In this document: positions 26,605-41,339 of the stretch, piece by piece
How positions within the stretch are numbered: the stretch's first letter is position 1
How the letters are laid out: the number at the start of each line of letters is the position of its first letter
NCBI GenBank assembly: GCA_964016885.1
Contig: OZ024742.1
Location: forward strand, 142,042,001 to 142,106,000
DNA from: Eledone cirrhosa
Lineage: Eukaryota
Direction of reading: 5' to 3'
Length of the DNA: 64,000 nucleotides
Translations under genes and position numbers: made by a program
Notes under the pieces: generated by a model
The model's input: only the letters and a program-made list of their open reading frames with translations
Database searches by the model: none
What the model was told of the DNA's origin: nothing

Positions 26605-26904
26605 AACTGCAACAAACAATCAAACATTTACAAGAGTTACCTCCCTCACACCCTACCTAATCTTTTTCCTTAAATAAATTAAATATCATCCAGCAAAAAT
26701 TGCTTCCCCCTGCATAATAACTCTCTAAAAAGGGAAATCATATCAAACCTCAGTCCACCATTTGCCTCCATCATGGAATCATAGATCAACTAATCACTCT
26801 TGCTATATTAACACATTTTGATCTGCTTAACTTCAAGAACTATGCGTGTAAATAACATTATTTTTTCTTCCACATTGACTTTTTATGCTCTACATTACGT
26901 CCGT

Positions 26905-27125
26905 TTTTTTTCTTTTTTCTTTTTTCTTTTTTCTTTTATCTTTTTTCTTTTTTCTTTTTCATTTTTCCTTTTTTCTTTTTTCTTTTTTCTTTTTTCTTTT
27001 TTCTTTTTTCTTTTTTCTTTTTTCTTTTTTCTTTTTTCTTTTTTCTTTTTTCTTTTTTCTTTTTTCTTTTTTCTTTTTTCTTTTTTCTTTTTTCTTTTTT
27101 CTTTTTCCTTTTTTCTTTTTTCTTT
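26905..27125. repeat. (TTTTTTC)n repeat in PLE 3' UTR
   Basis: Direct inspection. Confidence 0.95.
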
Positions 27126-27205
27126 TCACTTCATAAACCTTGTTTGTAAATAACATTATTGATTCTGCACCTTCTCTTTAACATGTGCGACACTAATACA
27201 GTTCA

Positions 27206-27247
27206 CTATCATTTGATAATGCATAAAAATGCTGAAACCGGTAATAG
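27206..27247 (+). ncRNA. Minimal hammerhead variant (U3-A8) at PLE 3' end
   Basis: ctatcat-TTGATAA-tgcat[aaaa]atgct-GAAA-ccgg-TA-atag; stem I imperfect. Confidence 0.65.
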
Positions 27248-27439
27248 ACAGTTATTAAATATATAAATAGATAAATAAATGGCATTGTTAAATAATAAAT
27301 AAATCAACTAATACCTTAACACTTGACACAAAGTAAAACATTTCGTTTTAATCATTTTCTAACCCAGAAAAAAGAGAGGGAGAAACAAAAAAGGAAAAAA
27401 ATATGTTTTTCTTCCTAATAATCGTATCTTTCTGCCTGT

Positions 27440-27765
<326 letters not shown>

Positions 27766-28280
27766 ATATAAGTATGTATACGTACATACAGACGTACAGT
27801 AGTATGTATATACATACATACATGCACATATATATATATATGTGCGTATGGGTTTACCTAACATTTATTATAATGCTCGGTTTGTTTGTAAACAAACAGC
27901 CCGAATTATTAGCCGTACAGTGTTCGGCAACCACCGTTGCCCTTTTGTTCGACACTGATAAAAGAACGATGAACTAGTTTCTAGTTTATTAGTTGTCATC
28001 AGCACCGTATACCTTCCTGTCAGTCGATTGAACGTTTGGAAGTATATACTTTCCTTATGCATATTAACGGCTGAACAGCCTAATGTGCATATCGAGTGAG
28101 TTAGTCGGCCGGGTGTACCGAAAACTATAAATGGAAAAAATGAAATTTCATTTCTCACTCTTAGTACGGCTGATACTTAAATATAAGTATGTATACGTAC
28201 ATACATATATGTATATACATACTACTGTACAGACGTACAGTAGTATGTATATACATACATACACACATATATATATGTAC
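27766..28280 (-). mobile_element. Non-coding hammerhead-bearing repeat (copy ~58405-58830; partial inverted copy ~60605-60710)
   Basis: 27868-28100 closely matches 58529-58748; flanking motif aagtatgtatacgtacatac...agacgtacagtagtatg recurs at 27770, 28185, 29367 and 58407. Confidence 0.75.
27966..28008 (-). ncRNA. Minimal type I hammerhead, stem II decayed
   Basis: Minus strand: acggtg-CTGATGA-caactaataaacta-GAAA-ctag-TT-catcgt. Confidence 0.6.
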
Positions 28281-28427
28281 GTATGGTGGCTGCCCCCTCG
28301 TTATCGAGTATGACCATTGAATGATATACCATTATTAATAAATATTAATTAATTCTATCATGCAAAGCCTGTGCGTGAAATATTTTTTAAAGTGAGGAAA
28401 GACTGTGCCCTGAGCCAATCCCACTCT

Positions 28428-28429
28428 CA

Positions 28430-28516
<87 letters not shown>

Positions 28517-28521
28517 ATATG

Positions 28522-28552
<31 letters not shown>

Positions 28553-28583
28553 GTATATATATATATGTATGTATGTATATATG

Positions 28584-28632
<49 letters not shown>

Positions 28633-28649
28633 GTATGTATGTATATATG

Positions 28650-28682
<33 letters not shown>

Positions 28683-28699
28683 GTATGTATGTATATATG

Positions 28700-28734
<35 letters not shown>

Positions 28735-28751
28735 GTATGTATGTATATATG

Positions 28752-28784
<33 letters not shown>

Positions 28785-28801
28785 GTATGTATGTATATAT
28801 G

Positions 28802-28858
<57 letters not shown>

Positions 28859-28891
28859 ATATGTATGTATATATGTATATATATATATATG

Positions 28892-28934
<43 letters not shown>

Positions 28935-28983
28935 ATATGTATATATATATATATGTATGTATATATGTATATATATATATATG

Positions 28984-29032
<49 letters not shown>

Positions 29033-29105
29033 GTATATATGTATATATATATATATGTATGTATGTATATATGTATATATATATATATATATGTATGTAT
29101 ATATG

Positions 29106-29136
<31 letters not shown>

Positions 29137-29169
29137 ATATGTATATATATATATATGTATGTATATATG

Positions 29170-29200
<31 letters not shown>

Positions 29201-29295
29201 ATATGTATATATATATATATATGTATGTATATATGTATATATATATATATATGTATGTATATATGTATATATGTATATATATATATATGTATGTA

Positions 29296-29367
<72 letters not shown>

Positions 29368-29465
29368 AGTATGTATGTATGTATACGTACATACATATAT
29401 GTATACAGACGTACAGTAGTATGTATATATATACATACATGCACACATATATATATGCACGTATC

Positions 29466-29507
<42 letters not shown>

Positions 29508-29510
29508 ACT
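28428..29510. repeat. ~1-kb (TA)n/(TATG)n microsatellite
   Basis: Direct inspection. Confidence 0.95.
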
Positions 29511-30277
29511 ATAAAATATACATAACTATAAAAAGTTTAATATATACATAACCATAAATAGTGTCCTTAATATTATGTATATATATATGTATGTAAATGT
29601 ATATATGTATGTATAATTATGTGTATATATGTGTGTGTGTGTGTGTGTGTGTACTTGTGGATATATACTAGTAGACAACTGATGATGGATATTCCTTACT
29701 TCTATTTCTAATTCTTCATTTTTTATACATAAATGCAACAACACAGCTATATTTATATAGGCTTTCCCCTTTGTTGTGACCTGCCTTTTTTCTCTTCCCT
29801 TGCTGCTATCCTCTTTCTCTCTCCCCCTTCTCCCTCCTTCTCCCTCTTACTTTCACTCACCCCGCTGCTAGTCACCCTCTCTCGGCTAGCCTTTTCTTCG
29901 CACTTTCCCTCACTCACTCTCTGCTACACACCCTCTCTCTCACTTCCTCCATCGTCCTACGCCGTACGCGATCTTTCTCGCTCACATCCGTACGGTTAAG
30001 ATGTGTCTTTCGTCTCCTCGTCAATATTCGCCTGTTCTTATGTTGGAAATGAATTATTGACTTGATTTTTTTCATTTTTTCCTCGCTTTACGTTGCCTCA
30101 CCATTCATGTCTGTTTACATGTCTTTCTCTTTCTCTACCCAACTCTTTTTATCCCAATAACTTATTTTAGTTATTGTATCGCCCTAGGCGGAGGTATATT
30201 GTCTGTAATGCGAAGAAATACCTATGATGGCTAGTAGACAACTGATGGATAGTCCTAACTTCTATTTCTAATTCTTC

Positions 30278-31614
<1,337 letters not shown>

Positions 31615-31829
31615 AGTGGCGGGCTGGGTCTGAAAGTATCGGTTGCCAGGAGATGAAGGGGGCCCACCTTACATATAGAATGCTATCATTTAATTTTTAT
31701 GAGGATTAAATAATATTTTCAAAAAATACATAAGTGGCAACAAAACTGCAATCAAATTTTTGCGGGAAAATATCTTAACATCTCCAATAAAAAATATTAC
31801 GTATTTTGCGAATTCCAGAGACCTTCAAT

Positions 31830-31975
31830 AATTGTTTCTACTTTAGGCACAAGGCCAGCAATTACCCAGTACATTACTGGTACTTTATTTTATCGACCCC
31901 GTAACGATGAAAGGCAAAGTTAACCGAGGCGGGATTTGAACTCAGAATGGCAAGGGCCGTAACTCTATGCGTCAA
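31830..31975 (-). mobile_element. SINE family A, 5'-truncated
   Basis: Near-identical to part of 13203-13390. Confidence 0.85.
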
Positions 31976-32006
31976 ATGACCTTTGGTCTTTCACACTCAC
32001 TCAATA

Positions 32007-32038
<32 letters not shown>

Positions 32039-32147
32039 ATGGCGGGGAGTGCGTATATATGTGTGCATGTACATTAATATATTTATATATACAGATACAT
32101 AACATGTTTTCAACTTGCACAAAAATCCCTAGGGATCTAATTAACAT

Positions 32148-32178
<31 letters not shown>

Positions 32179-32223
32179 ATATATTTATATATGTGTGTGT
32201 CTGTGTATATGTCTATATATATG

Positions 32224-32271
<48 letters not shown>

Positions 32272-32389
32272 GTGTGTGTGTATATATATAAGTGTATGTA
32301 TGTATGTGTGTGTGTGGGTGTGTGTGTATATATATAAGTGTATGTATGTGTGTGTGTGTATGTATATAAGTGTATGTATGTATGTGTAT

Positions 32390-32436
<47 letters not shown>

Positions 32437-32439
<3 letters not shown>

Positions 32440-33400
32440 CGGCGATGAATTAGTTTTGCGAGGTTTTTTATATGAAATCGTGTGTCGAAACAAATATTGT
32501 TATACTTGGGGAGGGTCATATTTGTGTAATATTGCCAGAATTAATAACAGAACTCACTGTTTGGTTGGTTTTCGCTTCTCGCTTCTGTGTCTTTTATATC
32601 GGTAATCTAACTTACTCGGTCCTCAATGTTGCCATTGACTGACCGACGGTCAAAAATAATACAGATACAATATAGACACAAACACATATATATAGTTTAT
32701 CATAAATCTTTCGTTGCACATCTGCAACATCGTCATTGGTGTTATATTTTCCTCCTGTTGTATTGTATGTCTACGCCATTTTTATTCAGTCTGTCTATAT
32801 ATTTATTTATTTATTTGCTTGTTTGTTTATTTTATTTTGTCTTCTTTGCGCGTGCGTTTGTGTGTGTGTATAGTGTTTTGTTTGCTGTGTGATGGGTGAC
32901 TAGTGTGTGTTTATGTGCTTGTTGTTATTGTGCTTGTGTATGTATTTATTTATTTATTTTATTTTATTTACTTATTTATACTTCTCTTAGGTCAGTGTTG
33001 TTTGTTTGGGTGTTGTTGTTATTCCATTCATTCTTTCTGTTTAGCCTTGGTCTTCTGATTTCTATTTCACTGGCCTCTCTGATTTGCCTATCTGCTGGGT
33101 CATTTCTATGTTTAGATATTATTCTAATTTCTATGTTGTCTATGTTACCGTCATGTTGTTATCTAGCATGTTCGTATAGTACTGACCCGTTTTTTCGTCT
33201 TTTTAGTTCCCCCCAGTGTTGGTCTATCCTTTCACCTATGCTACGAGCTGTCTCACCTATGTATGTTGTTGTAATGTTTCTGCAAGTACCCTCTGTACAT
33301 CTTATGCTATAGACTACGTTTCTAGTTTTACAGTTTATCCGGGGGTTCACCTTACATATGATACATTTCCTATTGGTACAGTGGGTTTTCTTAAAAGGGT
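32437..33400 (-). mobile_element. Penelope-like 3' fragment (GIY-YIG plus 3' UTR); UTR duplicated at 34430-35010
   Basis: NCKTRNVVYSIRC..YIGETARSIGERIDQH..RQIREASEI..PRLN; 32495-32965 matches 34430-34958, and the terminal 55 nt appear inverted at 34960-35012. Confidence 0.85.
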
Positions 33401-33515
33401 AGGTTTTGCTGATCAGGGATTTTATGATTTTATCGTAATAATAATAATAATAAATATGAAGACAAGGGTGAAAGCAGCGATTCTTTGCTTAAACATTAAT
33501 CTGTTATTTTAATAA

Positions 33516-33571
<56 letters not shown>

Positions 33572-33640
33572 AAAAAGAGATGAAATCGAAAATGCAACTG
33601 GAGTCTTATTTTTTTTTTAAATATATATATTTATTTGGTT

Positions 33641-33678
33641 CCTTTACCGGTTTCGCAGTTCTTCTGCTTTTCAAAAGG
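33641..33678 (-). ncRNA. Minimal hammerhead, U3-A8 core
   Basis: Minus strand: cctt-TTGAAAA-gcag[aagaa]ctgc-GAAA-ccgg-TA-aagg; all three stems pair. Confidence 0.85.
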
Positions 33679-33714
33679 TGAGTTGAGATGGAGGGTCTGT
33701 GGTTTTTACCTCCT

Positions 33715-33795
<81 letters not shown>

Positions 33796-33893
33796 GGAGG
33801 TGAGTTTTTTTGTAGTACAATAAGGCAATTATGTATGTTAATTTAAAACTTCACTATTCACAAGTGTTTTTTAATCTTCATATCATGTCTCCC

Positions 33894-33964
33894 TATTTTA
33901 TCTGACGAAAACGCAAATGTTATCGCATGATGATATTTGTTTTTGAAATGCGCATAATAAAATA
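33894..33964 (+). ncRNA. Type I hammerhead (family of 23706-23776)
   Basis: tattttat-CTGACGA-aaacgcaaatgttatc[gcat]gatgatatttgttttt-GAAA-tgcgca-TA-ataaaata. Confidence 0.85.
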
Positions 33965-34306
33965 CATGGAACACTTTTAACTATCTTTTGATCTTATATA
34001 TTATATATATATATATATACAAAATTAAATTAACAGTGTCATGCTTGTGTGTGTGTGTCTATATATATGTATGTTTGCATGCATGAATGAATACACTAAG
34101 CTTTAGATTTAGTAGACTGTACAACCAAATGCTTTGTTAATTGTTTTATTTATTTAAAAAAACTTTATATTCTATCTCTTAGACTTTAGGTATTTTTTGC
34201 CCCTAAAATACTACACTGGGTTCCTGCAATGCTACCGTGAGCCCACTGGGGTCCACTTACGATTGGGCAACCTGACAACCTGGCCAATACGCCACTGTGT
34301 ATATAT

Positions 34307-34429
<123 letters not shown>

Positions 34430-36061
34430 TGTTATATTGTTATATTTGGGGAGGGTCATATTTGCGTAATATTGCCAGAATTAATAACAGAACGCACTCA
34501 CTGTTTGGTTGGTTTTCGCTTCTCGCTGTCTTTTATATCTGCGATCTAACTTACTCGGTCCTCAATGTTGCCATTGACTGACCGGCGGTCAAAAATAATA
34601 CAGATACAATATAGACACAAACACATATATATAGTTTACATAATTTACATAAATCTTTCGTTGCATATCTGCAACATCGTCAGTGGTGTTATATTCATTG
34701 TTCCTCCTGTTGTGTTGTATGTCTACGCCATTTTTTATTCAGTCTGTCTATATAATTATTTATTTATTTGCTTGTTTGTTTATCTTATTTTATTTTGTCT
34801 TCTTTGCGCATGCGTTTGCGTGTGTGTATAGTGTTATGTGTGCTGTGTAACTAGTGTGTATAGTGTTGTGTCTGCTGGGTGACTAGTGTGTGTTTATGTG
34901 CTTGTTGTTATTGTGCTTGTGTATGTATTTATTTATCTTATTTTATTTTATTTTATTTTATAACAATATCTGTTTCGACACACGATTTCATATAAAAAAC
35001 CTCGCTAAACTATATATATATATATATATATACAGACAACGGGTTCTGCAGTTTCGATGTCCAAATTACCATTACAAGGCATTGGTCACCTCTATACTAT
35101 AGTAAAGAGTAGTATACCAATGAGACACGCACTAAGTGTGAGCCCTAAGCTAAGTGGTTGCGAAGCGAACTCCTTAACCACACAGCCCTGTCTGTGTCTA
35201 CACATGTTTTTCTTTAACTGAAATACAAGGATCACCGCCATCTTTAGCCTGATACAGGCCGCAATTGAATGGTAGGAAGAGAAAATTTGAATAGCAACGG
35301 ATGAGATCAATTTCCCAAAGTACAGAAACACCTCGGAAAAAGGAGGCCCTTTACTTCCCCGTATTCATAACTGAAAGCCTCTTGTCTTTACTATTCCAGG
35401 ATTATTGATAGAGTTTAGACAAAGCTCATCCCTGAAGCGATCAAAATTATTTGAAAGAATGAAAAGAATTACAACGATTATTTGAAATTCTTTTGTGTCC
35501 ACACGTCTCTTATTCAATAGTTTTGGTTGTTATACATCGGATATTTTTTATTGAAATATTTCAAATTGTTCAGCGGGTGGATGTATGCGGACTTGTAAAA
35601 TAATGTTACACGCTCCAACCAAATGAATAGGTTTTCTATTGTTATTATGTATAGCATATTCAACTGTTTTTATTTCGTATCTAAATATAAGATGGCTTCA
35701 TTCATGTCTTTTATCGATTAAGAATGGTAAAACATGAAACTTTGTTGCAATTTGTATAGTTTCAGCTTAAAATGTTTTGTTATTGAATTTATATTATATT
35801 ATATATATATATATATATTGTTTTTATTTATATCTATTTTTATTTTTATTTTTCTCTTCATATTGTGTTCTTTACTTTGTAACTTCCTTCCTTAAAACCC
35901 TCCTTACTCCCTCTCGGAGTTCCTGTTCTTCCCCTATCCGAACTTTCCTGGTGAAGGAATTATGTCCGAAATGTCGATACCTCCTCCGCTTCCACCAAGC
36001 ATGAACCTAATATAAATGTGTACAATTGCCTCCTGTGTTTTGTTCGTTCATTTCAACTATG

Positions 36062-36103
<42 letters not shown>

Positions 36104-36149
36104 TGAAATGTGTGCGTCCTAAAGCAAATGACCATAATAATAATAATAA

Positions 36150-36338
36150 TTGTTTCTACTTTTGGCACAAGGCCAGCATCTACCCAGTGCATTACTGGTA
36201 CTTTATTTTATCGTCCCCGCAAGGATGAAAGGCAAAGTTAACCTCGGCGGGATTTGAACTCAGAATGGCAAGGGTCGTAACTCAATGCGTCAAAGCATGA
36301 CGTCCGACCCTCTACCGATACTGCCAATCCACCGCCCT
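36150..36338 (-). mobile_element. SINE family A, full length, flanked by (TAA)n
   Basis: Consensus match. Confidence 0.9.
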
Positions 36339-36439
36339 AATAATAATAATAATAATAATGATAATAATAATTGGCTGTCACTATAAATGATAGTTGAGAA
36401 AATAAGGGCAAACACTCCTGGAAATGAATAAAAGCAGTC

Positions 36440-36517
36440 AAGGTTGCCTGCGAGGAATCAAACCCTACATCTGTCAGATGTTAAGCGAGTGCGTTAACCA
36501 CTATCCTAAAGAGCCCC
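36440..36517 (-). pseudogene. Decayed tRNA-like sequence or SINE head
   Basis: Minus strand taggatagtggttaacgcactcgcttaacat...gggtttgattcc has A/B-box-like motifs but poorly paired stems. Confidence 0.4.
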
Positions 36518-37877
36518 CACTTTTTAGTAATTCCGTCTAATTGGAGTCGGCAATGACGCCCAAAGAAGAAATGGGGCGGGGGCATCAAGGAATGAACTGG
36601 TAAAGACATCGTAACAACCCAAGTACAATTTCGTGACAGTGATGACTGGAAGAAGGCATTGCACTACTTCACCTTGCAGTACTCTCACGTCATTTGAAAA
36701 CTGAATGTGAAATGAAGATATTTGATAGAATCTAAGCGTCTAACTGCGAATTAATCAATGCTATTGTATGAAGATCAGCTCGCTTACTTGACTTTATCGG
36801 TAGAATTTTTGAAAGCAAAGCAACCACTCCAGGCCTTAGAGGATTGACATCAGCTCCGACCCATTTTTAACCTGCTGTCTTAAAATCAACTGAAGCTAAT
36901 TCCTACAAATGAGTTTCAGCGGTTTATTTAGATATCTTAAATATGTTGGCTTTCTTACATGACCTATAGGATGACCTATAGGCCATTGCAAGAGAAACAT
37001 AATATCATTTCAATAACAAGGAATTGCATACAAACACCATTGTAATCTACACCTTCGAAAAGGTATCTCTGTAAAGTTTCATTAAAACCATGCATTATTA
37101 AGAACAACATTATGGGGGAAAAGATCGATGCACCAAACTATAGTCATGTCACCAATAATTTACATACATCTATTTAACCAAAAAATCTACGTGGTGCTAT
37201 AGCAATATTTATTTGGTGTTGTGGAGAATAATAAAAGAAATTATTGGCAAAACTTTCCTATCGTAGAATCAGCAATGCATTTACATGGAACGAGCCGTCC
37301 ACTATAGTATATTAAACAGTAAAAATGTGTGTAAGAAATAAATACTTGTTTCGTTTAAACATAACTTCCTAGTGCTTAGGTTTTATAGCAAATTCATTTA
37401 TCTTATTGTGCAATCATTTTCGTCGTGCTAAATCAATGAGTATCTGTTCTTCGATGGAGCCAGTGAAGACAACTACCCATTTTAAGAATGATTGATTGTT
37501 GTTAAGGTTGGGAAGCTTCTTTTGTTTGCAACAGAAGTTGCAGGGAAGGTCAGAAAAAAGTTGAATTAGTTTAACAACTTCGGACTTAAAAGATTAAAAA
37601 ATCTGATTCATAGAATAACGCTGAAATGGAATTGCAGCAGTTAAGCCTTTTAAAAACATTGCCCAGATATATCTACCTGAGCTCCTTTGCCAAGAATGTA
37701 TGCTGCAAAGTGTCTATATATTGCAGAGGGAGTGTATGGGGAAACACTTTCAAACTTTTTCGCATCAAGTAATTCAAAATATAATTCCTCAATGTGAGTA
37801 AGTCGTATCTTCAGCCATGAGCTTCTCACTGGTTTAGGTACATGTAGAACTACATTATCTAATGCAGTATTTCCCAG

Positions 37878-38170
37878 TGCGCGTGACTTAGTGGTTAGAG
37901 CGTCAAGCTCACAATCGTAAGGTAGTGAATTCGAATCCCAGACCGGGCGGTGCGTTGTGTTCTTGAGCAAAACACTTTATTTCATTTTGCTCCAGTTCAC
38001 TCAACTGTTGAAATGAATTTCAACGTCACTGGTGCCAAGCTATATCGGCCATTGCCTTTCCCTTGAACAACATTGGTAGCGTGGAGAGGGGTTGCCAGGC
38101 TTGTGCCTCAAAGGGGAACTTTCGAGGTGCAAAACCATGATCATTCGTGACTACGATACGATTTCGATAA
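37878..38170 (+). mobile_element. CORE-type tRNA SINE family B, alternative tail (related copy 50533-50830)
   Basis: A box tagtggttagagc, B box gaattcgaatcc, CORE-like gttcttgagcaaaacacttta; tail tatcggcc.ttgccttt.ccttgaaca shared with ~50660-50690. Confidence 0.8.
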
Positions 38171-38695
38171 ATGCAATGTTTGTGATGTTCTGCTACCTCT
38201 TCTTTTTTGTTCAAGTACTTATTTTGCAATGACATGTCACCTCTTAGCATAGCCTTGTGAACGAGCTGATATGATTACTGATTTGCATTCTAACGTTTTA
38301 TTGACGCCGAGGGTTGTAAAATTCATAGACACACATACATACATAATGGTTGTAAAACTCCCAATCACAAACACACACATACATATATACATACGAAGAT
38401 TGTAAAAATTACAGATGACAGATCACTGGCAGACAACCCTGGTCGCAAACATTTAACATTTTCACACGTGGTTTGTTTGTTTGTTTGTTGGTTGGTTGCT
38501 TGCTTGCTTGTTTTTTTATCATAGAGCTTGTTAGATATACTGGACAGAAATTTGTTGGCTCAAGAGTTTGAGGCAGCTAATTTTATTATAACATTTATAG
38601 AACTAAAACAAAGGTGTATTTCCTTGAAAAAATAATGAATTAAAACCATTCAGGGTTATATTATTCTCAATGCGGGAATTTGTCATCCAGAGACA

Positions 38696-38789
38696 TGCTT
38701 TTGAACCCGTGCAAATATTACAAGCCAAGAATCTATTCTTGGCTTTTGAACCCGTGCAAATATTACAAGCCAAGAATCTATTCTTGGCT
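38696..38789. repeat. Perfect ~45-bp tandem duplication
   Basis: gcttttgaacccgtgcaaatattacaagccaagaatctattcttg occurs twice. Confidence 0.9.
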
Positions 38790-39000
38790 TGTAATATTCT
38801 GAGGGTGTTTTTTTGTTTTTTTTTACTTGAAATAGATAGGCTTGACAACTGGGTTACTTGGGCTGAACTCATGTAGCCCCAGTTCTGCAATCACGACTTA
38901 TATATATATGCGTGTGTGTGTATAGAGAGAGAGAGAGGGGGGGGGGTTGAGTGGGTTGCCAAACCTACATATGGGAGCAGAGTGAAGAATCCGATATGTA

Positions 39001-39099
39001 CAGGGTGTCCCAAAAAATGAATACATACTTCAGCAGCATTCTAACGAATATTACCTGTCCAGGTAATCAAAGTGTGTATACATTTTTTGGGACATCATG
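39001..39099. mobile_element. Tc1/mariner-type MITE
   Basis: TA|cagggtgtcccaaaaaatgaatacatact ... agtgtgtatacattttttgggacatcatg|TA; ~29-bp imperfect TIRs with TA TSD. Confidence 0.8.
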
Positions 39100-39275
39100 T
39101 AAATACATCGCACAAATGTCTTTCTCCCTTCCTTCCCCTATTTCTCTAATATCTCATTAATTTCAACATGCTCTTCCACTCGATATACATTCTTTTACTA
39201 TTTCTTTGTCTTTAACTTTCATTAGTCATAGCCTTTCTCTCTTTCCCATTATGTTTCTCTCGCTCATGCACACTG

Positions 39276-39276
<1 letters not shown>

Positions 39277-39364
<88 letters not shown>

Positions 39365-39498
39365 GTCTATCTGTCTCCTCTCCCTGTTGAGGTTGTTTTC
39401 GATTATTTTCATTTTATACCCTTTTTACTCGATTTTATGTAAACTCCCCATTTGTATTTGTCCCTTCTTTTTATGCCTTTATGGTAAATAAAGAAATA

Positions 39499-39571
<73 letters not shown>

Positions 39572-39745
39572 GTCTGTCTATCTATGGGGTATGAACTGTC
39601 TCCCCATATTGGAAAATCGACTAAATTTTTAAATTGCATTTGTGATATTATTTTACACGTTTTTATTGTATGTAAACTTCCCCCTTTGTATTTGTCCCCT
39701 TCTTTTGTGCCCCTGTGGCTAATAAAGAAACATATCTATCTATCT
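39277..39745 (+). repeat. (TATC)n arrays alternating with two related LINE-like 3' ends
   Basis: atgtaaact.ccc...tttgtatttgtccc.ttctttt.tgcc..t.tgg..aataaagaaa occurs twice (~39437-39498, ~39670-39731), each followed by (TATC)n. Confidence 0.75.
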
Positions 39746-40001
39746 ATGGCTCAAATATACTCTCTGCGTTTTTTTCCTTCCGTACTCATCTCATCTTTGT
39801 TATTCACTCATCTCTACCTCACACTCACACTTACTCTGTCTTTAAATCTCACTCATCCATACTCTCTATAGCTCTGTCCCTCAATGCTATACACTTGTCT
39901 CTATATATCACTCAAACATGCTCTATATTTCCGTCCTTCTGTGATACACGCTCAGCCTGTCTCTCACTCATACTTTGTTTCTCTCTCTTTCTTTCTCACT
40001 C

Positions 40002-40047
<46 letters not shown>

Positions 40048-40147
40048 TCGCTGTCCCTCGGGGCTACACACCCAGTCTCTGTCTCTAACTGCGTTACTTT
40101 CCATTCCTCCTTCACTCTTGATAGCATTTATTATTTTATTTCGAAAA

Positions 40148-40338
40148 GGCGGTGGATTCGCAGTATCGGTAGAGGGTCGGACGCCATGCTTTGCAGCATA
40201 GAGTTACGGCCCTTGCCATTCTGAGTTCAAATCCCGCCGAGGTTAACTTTGCCTTTCATCCTTACGGGGTCGATAAAATAAAGTACCAGTAATGCACTGG
40301 GTAATTGCTGGCCTTGTGCCAAAAAGTAGAAACAATTA
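40148..40338 (+). mobile_element. SINE family A reference copy (further + copies 50030-50195, 60735-60922, 62340-62520)
   Basis: tRNA-like head with B box gagttcaaatcc; central gcctttcatccttacggggtcgataaaataaagtacc resembles the Meta-SINE domain (from memory); tail gctggccttgtgcc..agtagaaacaattatt. Confidence 0.9.
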
Positions 40339-40652
40339 TTTTATTTTGAATTAAAATTTACGGTGATATTTTGCAATTTTATATTCAAGTTGTTTATTTT
40401 CTTTTGTTAAACTCTAATGTTATATATTTTAAAGTGTCGATTTGTAATTTTTATGTAAATTTAGATAAAAATAAAAGAAATGTTATTTATTCATTTTATT
40501 TCTTCATCATTTATTTCATTTTAAGAATACCTCGTCAGCTTCGCGGTTTTTCGTTTCTCACATATATGTATACGTATGTGTGTGTTTATATATATATATA
40601 TATATTTGTGAAAAAGAACAAAGGAAAAATTATGACATTATAACAAGTTTAT

Positions 40653-40699
40653 TGCCGACAGCCGTTTCGTCCGACCACATGGTGGGACTTTTCAAGGCA
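40653..40699 (-). ncRNA. Hammerhead, U3-A8 core
   Basis: Minus strand: tgcc-TTGAAAA-gtcccacca[tg]tggtcggac-GAAA-cggctg-TC-ggca; GUC triplet. Confidence 0.85.
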
Positions 40700-40802
40700 T
40701 ACATGTGACTGTAAGATCATTAGAGCTTAACTAGCTACCGTCACATATTTGGTAGGTCAGACGTGATCATCGCGATTCACATACGACCTACCATACATCT
40801 TA

Positions 40803-41335
<533 letters not shown>

Positions 41336-41339
41336 TAGA

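Larger units (their letters stand above)
24774..27440 (+). mobile_element. 5'-truncated Penelope-like element with inverted 5' segment, RT, GIY-YIG, 3' UTR and terminal hammerhead
   Basis: LRPIIAG, TFDVINLYSNIPH, QKSGTAMGTKVAPSYANL, WKRYLDN, LPFLDILI, NLIYVLTCSGCQEHYIGQT; 24774-24970 is RT sequence in opposite orientation, partly duplicating 24974-25052. Confidence 0.92.

Noticed and set aside
28335-29525. Long 300-380 aa ORFs in all frames (also 8519-9074, 21665-22676, 30342-31709, 40757-41394)
   Set aside because: Translations of (TA)n/(TG)n/(CA)n microsatellites, which lack stop codons; no coding signal.
35945-35977. Hammerhead-like ttc-CTGGTGA-aggaattatgtcc-GAAA-tgtcga
   Set aside because: Core A6 is changed and stems I/III barely pair; probably a dead copy, so not called as a feature.
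36780-37860. Possible hAT transposase relic (LAFLHDL..LQ; YAAKCL..SKYNS)
   Set aside because: Only vague motif resemblance, many stops and no TIRs found; not supportable.
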